Virus record (IMG/VR): IMGVR_UViG_3300030328_001638
Coordinates: 3,140-67,139 of that record
Reading direction: 5' to 3' (one strand)
Length of the DNA stretch: 64,000 nt
Source of the DNA: a virus
Position numbers and translations under genes: made by a program. A model generated the notes under the pieces. It saw only the letters and a program-made list of their open reading frames with translations, was not told the DNA's origin and made no database searches. This document shows, piece after piece, positions 1-8,805 of the stretch (within the stretch, counting starts at the first letter, position 1; each line of letters opens with the position of its first letter).

Positions 1-123
1 CTCTTCAGCCGTAAGCTTCATCGCCTCCACTTGTGTTGGATTAGGCGTGTTGTCTATTCTTTTACGTTTTGCCGTATTTGAATGAATAGCTTCTGCGTAA
101 GTAATATGTTCGCTTATGGTCAT
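1..123 (-). CDS. Endolysin, peptidase M15A-like (partial, runs off window)
   Basis: Read manually: MTISEHITYAEAIHSNTAKRKRIDNTPNPTQVEAMK resembles the N-terminus of phage M15A D-Ala-D-Ala peptidases; ATGA overlap with upstream gene. Confidence 0.65.
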   Translation of the reverse strand, partial: MTISEHITYAEAIHSNTAKRKRIDNTPNPTQVEAMKLTAEE

Positions 124-1409
124 AATTCAATGTTTAGTCCTATAGTGGATTTAAATATTTCTGCGTCCCAAAACTTAGTATATTCTCCTTCTACAAATAT
201 ACCTAATTTTGAATTAATGTTCCAGCCCGCAATTATTCCAAACTGATAGTCCTCCCATTGTTCTAATTCAGAGTCTTCTATTAAACCTCCAAGCCCCCAA
301 TTGTTTCTGTTTAAATAGCTAAATGCCTCATCTCCTTTAAAATAGGAATGATAAGGTAATATATAATTTGCATATGCATGTACCCATAGCTTGTCAGTAT
401 AGGTATAATAATCTGCTCCGATGATAGGGGCGTATTCGGCAAACGCATCTAATAAATCCCATTGCTCTCTATTATATCTATTCATTAAATCAGCAAATAC
501 TGTTTCTCTAAATTCTAAATCGGTATTAGCTACTATGTTCCCTTCAGGGTCTACCCAATACCAATCCGATATATTATTTCCTAATGCATCTTGCTGGGTA
601 TAATATATATCGTCATAACCATATTCAAATCCTAAAGTGTACCAAGGATTTAATGCTTGCCCATCCTCATTTGTTTCATTTAACCAAATCTCCACTGGAT
701 TATATCCAAAAGCTTGCTGATGAGTTCGAGCAATAACACCTGCAGAAATACTAAACTTTTTTCCAATTGGAAGTCTTCCTCTTACTTCTGCAGAATTATA
801 TTCAAAACCTACATTTCCTTCAGCTCTTGATTCTATTTTAACAATGTGATACTTACCCGTATTCCTAAGAAAGTAGCGGTGATTAGTAAACACCTCACCT
901 CTCTCTCTTTCTTTCTCCCAATGAAATAAATATTCCCAACCATCAAATGCGGCTGTGGGAGATGATAATGCTACATTTTTTTCTGTACCATCATAATAAG
1001 CTTTTTCTTTATTTTCATAATCAAATCTGGCTATACGTCTAATTCCTAATCCATACCTATAATCAAATTCATGATACTCGGTAGCGTCTTCAACCACAGG
1101 TACATCATATAAGCTTCCGCTTGGATTAGTTCTTACTACATAATCTATGGATTGTTTTTGGTATGGATTACTTATATCTCCTGCTATATAAAAAGTTCCG
1201 TACCTTAAAAGGTTTTCGTAAATGTTTTTAAAAAATTTACTTTTCTTTTGTTTTTTTTCAAACCCTTCTATAAGTGTTTGTTCTTGTGCTGAGTCTAATT
1301 CTTGTACAACTTGCCCTTGTGCTGCTATACAAAACAAGGAAATAAGTATTATTATTATTATATATATTATTTTAGAAGCAAGCTCTTCGGTTTTTTCTTT
1401 TCTATTCAT
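120..1409 (-). CDS. Putative outer-membrane beta-barrel protein
   Basis: N-terminal signal peptide, aromatic-rich alternating strands, C-terminal strands resembling a beta-signal (GIFVEGEYTKFW...STIGLNIEL). Confidence 0.55.
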   Translation of the reverse strand: MNRKEKTEELASKIIYIIIIILISLFCIAAQGQVVQELDSAQEQTLIEGFEKKQKKSKFFKNIYENLLRYGTFYIAGDISNPYQKQSIDYVVRTNPSGSLYDVPVVEDATEYHEFDYRYGLGIRRIARFDYENKEKAYYDGTEKNVALSSPTAAFDGWEYLFHWEKERERGEVFTNHRYFLRNTGKYHIVKIESRAEGNVGFEYNSAEVRGRLPIGKKFSISAGVIARTHQQAFGYNPVEIWLNETNEDGQALNPWYTLGFEYGYDDIYYTQQDALGNNISDWYWVDPEGNIVANTDLEFRETVFADLMNRYNREQWDLLDAFAEYAPIIGADYYTYTDKLWVHAYANYILPYHSYFKGDEAFSYLNRNNWGLGGLIEDSELEQWEDYQFGIIAGWNINSKLGIFVEGEYTKFWDAEIFKSTIGLNIEL

Positions 1410-1412
1410 ATT

Positions 1413-1751
1413 TTAAAATTTACTTTTTACTATTTTATTTATATGCGTTTGTATTGTTTCTATAGAATTATCGGGTAATTTTAATGTTATATCGCTTTCC
1501 ACTTTTACTATCAACCTACGATTATGGTATAAGCATACTGTAGGTAAAAACTTTATTTCTTCTTTTTCAAAAATTTTGGGATGTTCAGTAAGAGCAAGAC
1601 GTAATAACTCAGCTCCTTCTAATTTGCTGATATCTATCTCGTTAGCTTTGACAAAGTCTGCTGAATATTGTATTACAACTAAGCCATCTTTATAAGATTG
1701 AGCAAATGTTAGAGTAGGTATTAAAAATAATATTATAATCCATAATCTCAT
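1413..1751 (-). CDS. Secreted thioredoxin-fold-like protein lacking CxxC
   Basis: Signal peptide (..TLTFAQ); VVIQYSADF and EIKFLPTVCLY resemble Trx strands and the cis-Pro motif. Confidence 0.45.
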   Translation of the reverse strand: MRLWIIILFLIPTLTFAQSYKDGLVVIQYSADFVKANEIDISKLEGAELLRLALTEHPKIFEKEEIKFLPTVCLYHNRRLIVKVESDITLKLPDNSIETIQTHINKIVKSKF

Positions 1752-2032
1752 CTTTCTCGTGTTAATTCAAATATTCGTTCTTCTAATTTCTCAAGAGTCG
1801 CTTTCATTTCCTTGACATCTTCTTGAGTTGTCATAATAGCGTCACGAATTATTTGATCTTTGTAAGTAAACTCAGTTTTAGTAACTTCAGGTTTGGGTAA
1901 TTCCATAGCTTTAGCTATATCAGCTTGGAGAACAAAATACATGCTCACAATAGAAATAGTGAACCCTACAATCATAGAAATGGTTTTAAGGTCTAAAGTA
2001 ACTTTAGTGTTTTCTCCTATTTCCTGTGCCAT
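1748..2032 (-). CDS. Single-TM coiled-coil membrane protein (lysis-region accessory)
   Basis: One hydrophobic helix followed by a C-terminal coiled coil; lies upstream of the endolysin. Confidence 0.45.
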   Translation of the reverse strand: MAQEIGENTKVTLDLKTISMIVGFTISIVSMYFVLQADIAKAMELPKPEVTKTEFTYKDQIIRDAIMTTQEDVKEMKATLEKLEERIFELTRER

Positions 2033-2033
2033 A

Positions 2034-2831
2034 TTACCAGATTGCTAAAAGTCCGTCACAGTTAGTTCCTGATGCCATAACTTGTACAACTTGTACAGGT
2101 AAGTAGGTTCCTACTTTAGCATTATAGAATGTCACTATATCTCCTGCTACTGTTCTTACGGTAACATTGTAATATTCAGTTGCATAAGTAGTAACTGCAG
2201 TCTGGTCGGATACATAAATTAAACAACCTTCTCCATTAGCTTCTGTTGCAACTCCTCCAAATGATCCACCATAAGCAGGATACCATTTCTCTCCTGTTCC
2301 ATTTTGTGAATAAATTCTAAAGTTGTCATTATATGTGGTGTCTGTTCCAAATATATTTGCGCTTAATGTTAACTGATCTGCATTTACGACAGCGGTTACT
2401 GACGCAATAGTTCGAGCATCTGTGTTTAAAACAATATCTCCTACTTGCACGCCTGTAGCAACAAAGTCTACTTCGTCATCTACTAAAGCATCTTGCCTTA
2501 CTATTAAATAGTTTTCGGGAGAAGCTGCAAATATATTAGATCCAAAGGCCAACTGTGTGGTAGAATCTACTGCGGTAACTGCCGCATTTGCAGGAGTTGT
2601 TGTGTTATAAGCTACATCACCAACAACTACAGGGAGTGGGGTAGTAGTGCTTTCAAATGTTGCTCCACTATCAACTAACTTGTTTGTTGTTACTGAGGTA
2701 TTAGCACCAGCGTCCACGCTGTTGCCGACTCCTGTGCATGCTAAGTATCCTGGGTTTGGAATAGGTATGGTGTCGCTGGGTACTACTACAACTACCTGAC
2801 CTGTGTTTACGGTAATTTTTGGGTATGCCAT
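2034..2831 (-). CDS. Head spike-base-like virion protein with two inserted beta modules
   Basis: VVPSDT...LIYV...VTF...GTYLPVQVVQVMASGT frame resembles the small RcGTA Rcc01079-type spike-base family, split by a large insertion. Confidence 0.55.
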   Translation of the reverse strand: MAYPKITVNTGQVVVVVPSDTIPIPNPGYLACTGVGNSVDAGANTSVTTNKLVDSGATFESTTTPLPVVVGDVAYNTTTPANAAVTAVDSTTQLAFGSNIFAASPENYLIVRQDALVDDEVDFVATGVQVGDIVLNTDARTIASVTAVVNADQLTLSANIFGTDTTYNDNFRIYSQNGTGEKWYPAYGGSFGGVATEANGEGCLIYVSDQTAVTTYATEYYNVTVRTVAGDIVTFYNAKVGTYLPVQVVQVMASGTNCDGLLAIW

Positions 2832-2859
2832 TTTTTTATTTTAGAGGGTTAAAAATCTC

Positions 2860-3033
2860 TTAATTCTTCCTGTACGGAAACATTCGATTAAGACTGTCAC
2901 GTCTGTCATTACAGCCACATCCTCCGTTAGATATAGTGTCTGCTATTTTTTTTATTCCTGTTGCTTGAGTAAACTTTTCTATTGTGTCACCAAGTCCTTT
3001 TGAAGGAGTGGAATTTATTTTAGTTCTTTTCAT
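2860..3033 (-). CDS. Conserved small phage protein (SKGLGDT...CGC..R...LN..FPY type), 57 aa
   Basis: Read manually: MKRTKINSTPSKGLGDTIEKFTQATGIKKIADTISNGGCGCNDRRDSLNRMFPYRKN. Confidence 0.7.
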   Translation of the reverse strand: MKRTKINSTPSKGLGDTIEKFTQATGIKKIADTISNGGCGCNDRRDSLNRMFPYRKN

Positions 3034-3034
3034 T

Positions 3035-3172
3035 TTACTTACAAGTACACATCTTGTTTGGGCAATTTTTAACTGAAAATAATAGTTTAGATACTAACCA
3101 ATTCCAACTACATTGAAATCTGCACCACCATCCTTGTATTTTTAGCCCTAACTTTTCTAATAATTTTCCCAT
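3035..3172 (-). CDS. Small Cys/Trp-rich hypothetical protein, 45 aa
   Basis: Read manually (MGKLLEKLGLKIQGWWCRFQCSW...CPNKMCTCK); fills the operon gap exactly. Confidence 0.6.
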   Translation of the reverse strand: MGKLLEKLGLKIQGWWCRFQCSWNWLVSKLLFSVKNCPNKMCTCK

Positions 3173-3178
3173 TCTTTT

Positions 3179-3427
3179 TTATTTTACTCCTTGTGCTTTT
3201 AAATAATTAAACTTTGGTTTTACATAAACTCTTTGTATCGCTTCATGATCCAAAGCTACCTCTATAACAGGAGGTTTTTCTTTTGTTTCTTTTGTTTCTT
3301 TTGTTTCTTTTTTGTCAATTACCTTTGCTTTAGAATCTTTAACTTCAATAACTACTGAGTCTTTGACTTCAATAGCTTCAGCTTTGACTTTTTTAGAAAC
3401 TTTCTTACGAGTTTTTCTTCTTGCCAT
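3179..3427 (-). CDS. Small basic protein with KET repeats
   Basis: ORF track; Lys/Arg-rich N-terminus; 9-bp tandem repeat at ~3281-3313. Confidence 0.65.
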   Translation of the reverse strand: MARRKTRKKVSKKVKAEAIEVKDSVVIEVKDSKAKVIDKKETKETKETKEKPPVIEVALDHEAIQRVYVKPKFNYLKAQGVK

Positions 3428-3459
3428 TAAATTAAATTTTAGTTAAACTTTATTTTGAC

Positions 3460-3648
3460 TTATTTATTTTTACAGCCAAAATTATTTGCGTAGTTAGCCA
3501 TTTCTCTTACATGAGTAGAATACTCATCAGTATTACTCATAACATGGGAAGCTGCACTACACGCATCTTTAAAACCGTTTTTCTTAGCCCATCTTGTGAA
3601 CTTGCCTCGGTTTTTCTTTTTTATTTGTGGAAAAGGTTTTTGAGCCAT
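3460..3648 (-). CDS. Small basic phage protein (KGKFT..AK...ANFA.N type)
   Basis: ORF track; operon context. Confidence 0.7.
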   Translation of the reverse strand: MAQKPFPQIKKKNRGKFTRWAKKNGFKDACSAASHVMSNTDEYSTHVREMANYANNFGCKNK

Positions 3649-3649
3649 T

Positions 3650-3856
3650 TTATGATTTTAAATGATCATGAGTTTTCCATGTAGAAGTATGTCTATATCC
3701 CATTCCTGAATCAGCACCATATGCGTGGCCCCAATCTTTTTTAGACATTGCTTTAGATTCATCTCTTCTATCTTTTAAAGATTGAGAGTGATGACCTCTG
3801 TGTCGTCCGCCTAATGACTCATCGAGTCTTGCGTTATATCCTTGCTTTTTTGCCAT
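3650..3856 (-). CDS. Small basic phage protein
   Basis: ORF track; -7 promoter element upstream. Confidence 0.7.
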   Translation of the reverse strand: MAKKQGYNARLDESLGGRHRGHHSQSLKDRRDESKAMSKKDWGHAYGADSGMGYRHTSTWKTHDHLKS

Positions 3857-3917
3857 AATATTATTTTTTTTATCTATTAATTAATATACAAATATATGAA
3901 TTTATTTTTTGGTTTTT

Positions 3918-4073
3918 TTAATACATTTTAGACCCCATAGTTTTTTCACTATGATATCCTGGATTGTTTTTTACTTTTCCTCCATTGCTTTTTGCGTAAG
4001 AATCTGCCTGAGCTTTCCCTACTGCATTATAAGGAAATTGTTTTTTCTTACCATTTACTATTACTGTAGGCAT
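3918..4073 (-). CDS. Small basic phage protein (MP.V...K.FPY type), 51 aa
   Basis: Read manually: MPTVIVNGKKKQFPYNAVGKAQADSYAKSNGGKVKNNPGYHSEKTMGSKMY. Confidence 0.65.
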   Translation of the reverse strand: MPTVIVNGKKKQFPYNAVGKAQADSYAKSNGGKVKNNPGYHSEKTMGSKMY

Positions 4074-4075
4074 AA

Positions 4076-4321
4076 TTATGATTTTAAATTTTTAATTTTT
4101 CTTTTTTTCCTCTCAATGGCGTCTTTCTTTCTCTTAATTATCTTCTCATAAGTTCCTGCGTGATAATCTTTAACAGGATTCCATCCTTTGCCTGTCATTT
4201 TAGACTCCGTCTTTAATGTTTCCTCCATAGCTTCTATTTTTTCTTCTTTTCTCCTTATAGCATCCTCTTTGTTTTTGATTCTACGCAGTTTTCCCGCACT
4301 CATCTTATTATTTGCGCCCAT
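4076..4321 (-). CDS. Small basic coiled-coil protein
   Basis: ORF track; promoter element at 4338-4345. Confidence 0.6.
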   Translation of the reverse strand: MGANNKMSAGKLRRIKNKEDAIRRKEEKIEAMEETLKTESKMTGKGWNPVKDYHAGTYEKIIKRKKDAIERKKRKIKNLKS

Positions 4322-4364
4322 AATTTTTGTATTTTAGCAAAGATACAAATTAAATTTAATTGAA

Positions 4365-4829
4365 TTGAGAAGAAAAAACTACGATCGTAAAGTTCCTACA
4401 CATAACTATTTAAAATATTGGCGCATTATAAGGTATTGGGCTAAAGCTAAATACGGATTTACTACACCTGATTTAGATATGATGCTGTTTTTATATAGTG
4501 AAGATTACTTTAATAAGACAAAATTTAAAGAATTTGAAGAAGTAATGTCGTGGGATATTAATCGGTTTAACTCATTGCTTAGAGATGGATGGATACATGT
4601 ATGGCGTAAAAGAAGTGGTAAACAAACTACATTATATGAGCTTTCGTTTAAGGGTAAGATGGCTATTAATACTATTTATAGAAAATTAAATGGGGAAGAG
4701 ATTGCGGAATCTCCTAATATAAATCCTTTATTTAAAACTAATGTTAGTTATATGGATAAGGTTTATAGACAAAAAATAATAGAAATGAATGAGTTTATAA
4801 AACAACAACGACATCACGCTCCTGAATAA
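4365..4829 (+). CDS. Winged-helix DNA-binding protein (putative regulator)
   Basis: MarR-like pattern FNSLLRDGWIHVW...LYELSFKGK; lone plus-strand gene within the late block; TTG start uncertain. Confidence 0.55.
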   Translation: MRRKNYDRKVPTHNYLKYWRIIRYWAKAKYGFTTPDLDMMLFLYSEDYFNKTKFKEFEEVMSWDINRFNSLLRDGWIHVWRKRSGKQTTLYELSFKGKMAINTIYRKLNGEEIAESPNINPLFKTNVSYMDKVYRQKIIEMNEFIKQQRHHAPE

Positions 4830-5052
4830 TAGTAACAGATTCGTTTCCTAATAACATTTCATGACCTGCGTTTCTATCGTAATAAATTACATCGCTGGTA
4901 TTTATAACCTCCACAGAAGATCCAGGAGTTATAACCTCTCCTTTTCTATATCTAAAACTACTCACATCTTCAGCTGAAAGTAATATTCCTGATTCTGTTT
5001 TTAATTCTTCTTCTATAGGTTTAACAACTATAAACTTTCCGATTGCTTTCAT
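4795..5052 (-). CDS. groS: Co-chaperonin GroES
   Basis: KAIGKFIVVKP, KTESGILL mobile loop, IIQERDVVVV. Confidence 0.9.
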   Translation of the reverse strand: MKAIGKFIVVKPIEEELKTESGILLSAEDVSSFRYRKGEVITPGSSVEVINTSDVIYYDRNAGHEMLLGNESVTIIQERDVVVVL

Positions 5053-5061
5053 TTTATTTTT

Positions 5062-6687
5062 TTATTTAGCTCTTTGATGAGTAACAATAGCGTTTGTACT
5101 TAAGATAGTAGTAGCTACACTTATAGCATTGCTTAATGCATGTTTAGTTACTTTAAGTGGATCAATAACTCCTAACTTAAACATATTCCCATACTTTTCA
5201 TTTTTTACATCATACCCTAAAAATTCTTCTTCTTCTAATATTTTTACAGGAATATTGCTTTCCTTAAGTATGTCTTTATAATCTAACCCTGCGTTATTTA
5301 AGATTTGGACAAGGGGGGCTTTCAGAGCTTCCATCAATATATGTTTCGCTGCTTTGTCATTTTTATTATTCTTGTTTCCGCAGTCACAGTCCTGTAATGA
5401 GGTAGAGGCATTCCATAAAGCGTATCCTCCTCCAGCGATAATACCTTCTTCAAGTGCTGACTTGACAGCACATACCGAGTCATCGACTCGGTCAAATTTT
5501 TCTTTTTGCTCTACATCACTATTACCTCCTACATATATACATCCTATTCCTCCTGATAGACTTGCTATTCTTTCATTTAAGAATGTTTTTTGATTTACAT
5601 CTGTAGTTGTTTGTTGTTGAACCTTAAGTTCTGCTATACGATTATCTATTTCTTCAGTACGAATATTCTCTTTTAATATAACTGTAGATTGTTGGCCTAC
5701 TATTATTTTGTTTGCATGTCCTAAATCATTAGGAGTAATTAAACTTAAGTCGTCTCCTGTCTTTTCAGAATAGTATTTAGCTCCTACTGCTAAAGCAATA
5801 TCTTGCATTAACTCATGTTGTTTGTATCCAAACTGCGGAGGTTGTATATTACAAAACTTTAAACCATTACGAACTACATTAGCTGCAAGGGTATTTATTA
5901 CATTGGTAGTACACGTTCCTATTATTAATAATTTTTGATTATTATTAATGACGGGTTTTAGTACATTTTCAATTTGAAGTATATTGCTTATTTCACTATC
6001 ACAAACTAAAACCTTAACATCATCTAATATACACTCATCTTTTCTTTGGTCATTAATAAATAAATTAGAAGTGTATCCTCTATTTATTTTAATTCCGTTT
6101 GTTATCTCAGAATAAGTTTCTGATGTCATAGATTTCTCTACCGTTACTACTCCGTCTTTTCCTACCTTGTTATATGCCTGGGCAATAATCTTTCCTAACT
6201 CTTTATCATTGTTAGCCGAAACAGAAGCTACATCTAAAAGTTTCTTTTTATTTACTTTCTGTGATCCTTCTTTTAAATACTTAAATACTCTTTCTTTGTT
6301 TTCATTAACAAACCTAATGACCTCAGTAATATTGTGGGTATCATTTATAATCTCTTGACCTGCTTTAATAATTGCTTCAGTCAATACAATAGCTGTAGTT
6401 GTTCCATCACCCGCTGAGTTAGCAGTTCTATTAGCTGCATCCTTCATCATCTGTATTGCAAGATTAGATACAGGGTCGTCTAACTCAATCGACCTCGCTA
6501 CCGTCACTCCGTCTTTGGTAACTGTAATATTATTAGTATGTTCTGGGGATTCTATTAAAACTGTATTACCCTCTGGGCCGAGTGTACTTTTTACAGCTTT
6601 AGATATTATGGAAATTCCTTCAATTAGTTTTTGTCTTCCTTCATCATCAAAGCAGACATCTTTTGGTATATAGCCTGAAACGCTCAT
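5062..6687 (-). CDS. groL: Chaperonin GroEL
   Basis: STLGPEG, VTKDGVTVA, AGDGTTTA, EEGIIAGGG, GVIDPLKVT motifs; no GGM tail. Confidence 0.97.
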   Translation of the reverse strand: MSVSGYIPKDVCFDDEGRQKLIEGISIISKAVKSTLGPEGNTVLIESPEHTNNITVTKDGVTVARSIELDDPVSNLAIQMMKDAANRTANSAGDGTTTAIVLTEAIIKAGQEIINDTHNITEVIRFVNENKERVFKYLKEGSQKVNKKKLLDVASVSANNDKELGKIIAQAYNKVGKDGVVTVEKSMTSETYSEITNGIKINRGYTSNLFINDQRKDECILDDVKVLVCDSEISNILQIENVLKPVINNNQKLLIIGTCTTNVINTLAANVVRNGLKFCNIQPPQFGYKQHELMQDIALAVGAKYYSEKTGDDLSLITPNDLGHANKIIVGQQSTVILKENIRTEEIDNRIAELKVQQQTTTDVNQKTFLNERIASLSGGIGCIYVGGNSDVEQKEKFDRVDDSVCAVKSALEEGIIAGGGYALWNASTSLQDCDCGNKNNKNDKAAKHILMEALKAPLVQILNNAGLDYKDILKESNIPVKILEEEEFLGYDVKNEKYGNMFKLGVIDPLKVTKHALSNAISVATTILSTNAIVTHQRAK

Positions 6688-6743
6688 AGTAAATTACATT
6701 TAATTTTATTAGCAAATATAATAAAATAATAATTATCTAAAAA

Positions 6744-6937
6744 GTGTTGAGTGTCGATTTTTATTAACTATTTACAACTATAGGTGTTTTATATTATTTT
6801 TATTTTTTACTATTTATATAATTATAGTATAAAATCTACACTAATTTATAAATAAAGATATAAAGATATAATAATCAATAACTTAAGAAAAAAAAAATCT
6901 ACACAAAATCAACACTAATTTATTAATAATCGAACAC
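6744..6937. promoter_or_regulatory. Origin-like element A (AATCNACAC iterons, AT-rich spacer, IHF-consensus site)
   Basis: GTGTTGA/GTGTCGATTT 6744-6760; AATCTACAC at 6833 and 6896; AATCAACAC at 6907; AATCGAACAC at 6928; AATCAAtaacTTA 6873-6885. Confidence 0.6.
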
Positions 6938-6944
6938 TAACTAC

Positions 6945-6976
6945 AAAAAAAAATAGGATTCTATAAAAGAACCCTA
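6945..6976 (-). terminator. Intrinsic terminator
   Basis: Minus-strand TAGGGTTCT-TTTAT-AGAATCCTA followed by T9. Confidence 0.8.
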
Positions 6977-7005
6977 CTTTTCAAAACAAAACAAAAGGAA
7001 AATTT

Positions 7006-7218
7006 TTAGTACTCGTATATATCACGATCGCCTTCCATGCGCATTTTAGCTCTTTCAATACCGTCTGCGATACAGTCTATCTTATATTGTTTTTTCATTT
7101 GTTTTCTATACATAGATGCTTGTTCAATTCCAGAAATTCCATCAGGTCTTGAGTTAATCAGCCTTCCGTCTTTCATATAAAGACCTTCTACGTAGTCGGA
7201 TATTTTATTTTCTGCCAT
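7006..7218 (-). CDS. Hypothetical protein
   Basis: ORF track; own promoter-like element (7233-7240) and terminator. Confidence 0.75.
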   Translation of the reverse strand: MAENKISDYVEGLYMKDGRLINSRPDGISGIEQASMYRKQMKKQYKIDCIADGIERAKMRMEGDRDIYEY

Positions 7219-7391
7219 AGCTTATTTTTTTGTAAAGATAATAAAAATTTTTCAGATACTCAGAGGTATAGGGTTATTATATAATATACGAGTGGCCCTC
7301 CCCCAAAAGAAAGTCATATTTTTTATCAGATTGAATAGGATTCCTTTCGGTTTCTCCAAACTTTTTACCTTTTTTTCTCAGGAAGGGATGA

Positions 7392-7524
7392 GTCCTGCTC
7401 TCCTCTCTCTGTCCTGCTCTCTCTCCTGCTCTTGCTCTCTTGATTGCATAGGTATAACTACCTTCCCTTACCCCATACCCCTTACCCCTACCTACCTTCC
7501 CTTAAAAGAAAGCAAGTTAATGAG
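7392..7524. repeat. Pyrimidine-skewed low-complexity tract with CCCC(T/A)TA repeats (G-quadruplex motif on minus strand)
   Basis: TCCTGCTCTC-like repeats, then CCC-TTA-CCCC-ATA-CCCC-TTA-CCCC at 7465-7488. Confidence 0.75.
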
Positions 7525-7699
7525 GGATGCTTAACCTTCCCTTAATCACACAACGACACACAAAAAGAATAAACAATTTCCAGTGTATATTATATCAAGA
7601 AAATAATACCTAAAATACTGATCCTGAATGCGTTGCAGAGGTTACAGCTCGGAAAAATATATGTGTGATAATATAGCATTGAAATTAGTGCGTAAAATG

Positions 7700-7731
7700 T
7701 TTGGTTATGTACATACAATTGCGTACTTTTA
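7700..7731 (+). promoter_or_regulatory. Putative early promoter (Bacteroidota sigma-A type)
   Basis: TTTG (-33) ... TACTTTTA (-7 variant) ahead of the first plus-strand gene. Confidence 0.5.
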
Positions 7732-7780
7732 CATCAGTTATGCACGAAGTATAACAGAAATATTAACAAAACAAACAAAA

Positions 7781-7996
7781 ATGACAACAAACGAAGTATC
7801 ATTACAAAGCAAACTTGCAGAAGGAATGCCCTTCATCAAGCAATCTAATTCAGAAGGATTAGTGAAACAAACAAACGAGTTAATCGTAATAGATAATTAC
7901 TCAAATATACCAACAATCAAATGTCCACCTGAAGTTCAGGTAGCATTACGATTTGTAGGTTTCAAAGGAATAACAGATTATATATTTAACTATTAA
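7781..7996 (+). CDS. Early hypothetical protein
   Basis: Start reassigned to ATG 7781, which follows the A-rich AAACAAACAAAA leader. Confidence 0.65.
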   Translation: MTTNEVSLQSKLAEGMPFIKQSNSEGLVKQTNELIVIDNYSNIPTIKCPPEVQVALRFVGFKGITDYIFNY

Positions 7997-8007
7997 AAAC
8001 AACAATT

Positions 8008-8508
8008 ATGAATACTAAAATGAACACTTTAATGACAAAAATTACGAATGGCGATATGGCAAGATTATCAATCATATTGCACAGACATATCGTTGTGAAT
8101 AATCCTCAAGATTGTACAGAGGGATTAGAAGAATTAAATTCTAAACTAAAACAGATGGTTGAGAGCAATACTCATTCTCACTACTCCCTTGATATTCAAG
8201 GTTGTTCTGATGCACACAAGTTGCACGAGGGACAAACCATATCATTGGGTTTAGGAGTGAATAGATTAGAGGAGTTAGAGAAGGAATTTGAAGAATGGAT
8301 GAATGAGAATGTTTATCAGAATGTGGATGGTAGTTTCTCAACACAAGATGCACAATGGAGAAATAGAATCCAAACAAAGAATGAGTTGAAAAAATACTTT
8401 CTACGAGAGTTTAGAGAGTTGGAAGAGATAAGCGATAGAGAGAAAAATTACAATCCTAATGAAAACTATATAAGGGGAGGATTTAATCCATTTAAAACTA
8501 AATTATAA
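8008..8508 (+). CDS. Early hypothetical protein
   Basis: ORF track; stop codon forms part of hammerhead 1 stem I. Confidence 0.7.
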   Translation: MNTKMNTLMTKITNGDMARLSIILHRHIVVNNPQDCTEGLEELNSKLKQMVESNTHSHYSLDIQGCSDAHKLHEGQTISLGLGVNRLEELEKEFEEWMNENVYQNVDGSFSTQDAQWRNRIQTKNELKKYFLREFRELEEISDREKNYNPNENYIRGGFNPFKTKL

Positions 8509-8565
8509 CTGATGAGGATTCAAAATCCGAAACAAGATGATTGTGAAATTCTCTTGTATTATAAT
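8502..8565 (+). ncRNA. Hammerhead ribozyme, type I (HH1)
   Basis: ATTATAA-CTGATGA-GGAT/ATCC-GAAA-CAAGA/TCTTG-TA-TTATAAT; predicted cleavage GUA after 8558. Confidence 0.88.
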
Positions 8566-8583
8566 AAAAATAAAACAATAATT

Positions 8584-8802
8584 ATGAAAACCGAACACTT
8601 AACTTATGAATGGGAAATCTCTCCTAACAATATTGTAGAGATTGACTATACCTACTCTCAAGAGAGTGGAGACTATCTACAACCACCTTACGAAGAAATT
8701 GAGATAGACAGAATGACTTTAAATGGAGATGATGTAACAGATAGATTACACGATACATTTGAGTATGAAATTATAGAAGAAATTACTAACCAAACACTTT
8801 AA
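8584..8802 (+). CDS. Acidic early hypothetical protein
   Basis: Start reassigned to 8584; the upstream extension is ribozyme sequence. Confidence 0.7.
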   Translation: MKTEHLTYEWEISPNNIVEIDYTYSQESGDYLQPPYEEIEIDRMTLNGDDVTDRLHDTFEYEIIEEITNQTL

Positions 8803-8805
8803 ATT

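Noticed and set aside
3501-3540. Minus-strand CTGATGA...GAAA resembling a hammerhead core
   Set aside because: No stem II closing onto GAAA; lies inside a coding sequence (NTDEY)
7292-7534. 80-aa plus-strand ORF
   Set aside because: Translation of the low-complexity repeat tract (SLSCSLSC); no A-rich start context
8512-8583. N-terminal extension of the 96-aa ORF
   Set aside because: The ATG lies in the hammerhead core; ATG 8584 has the typical A-rich leader
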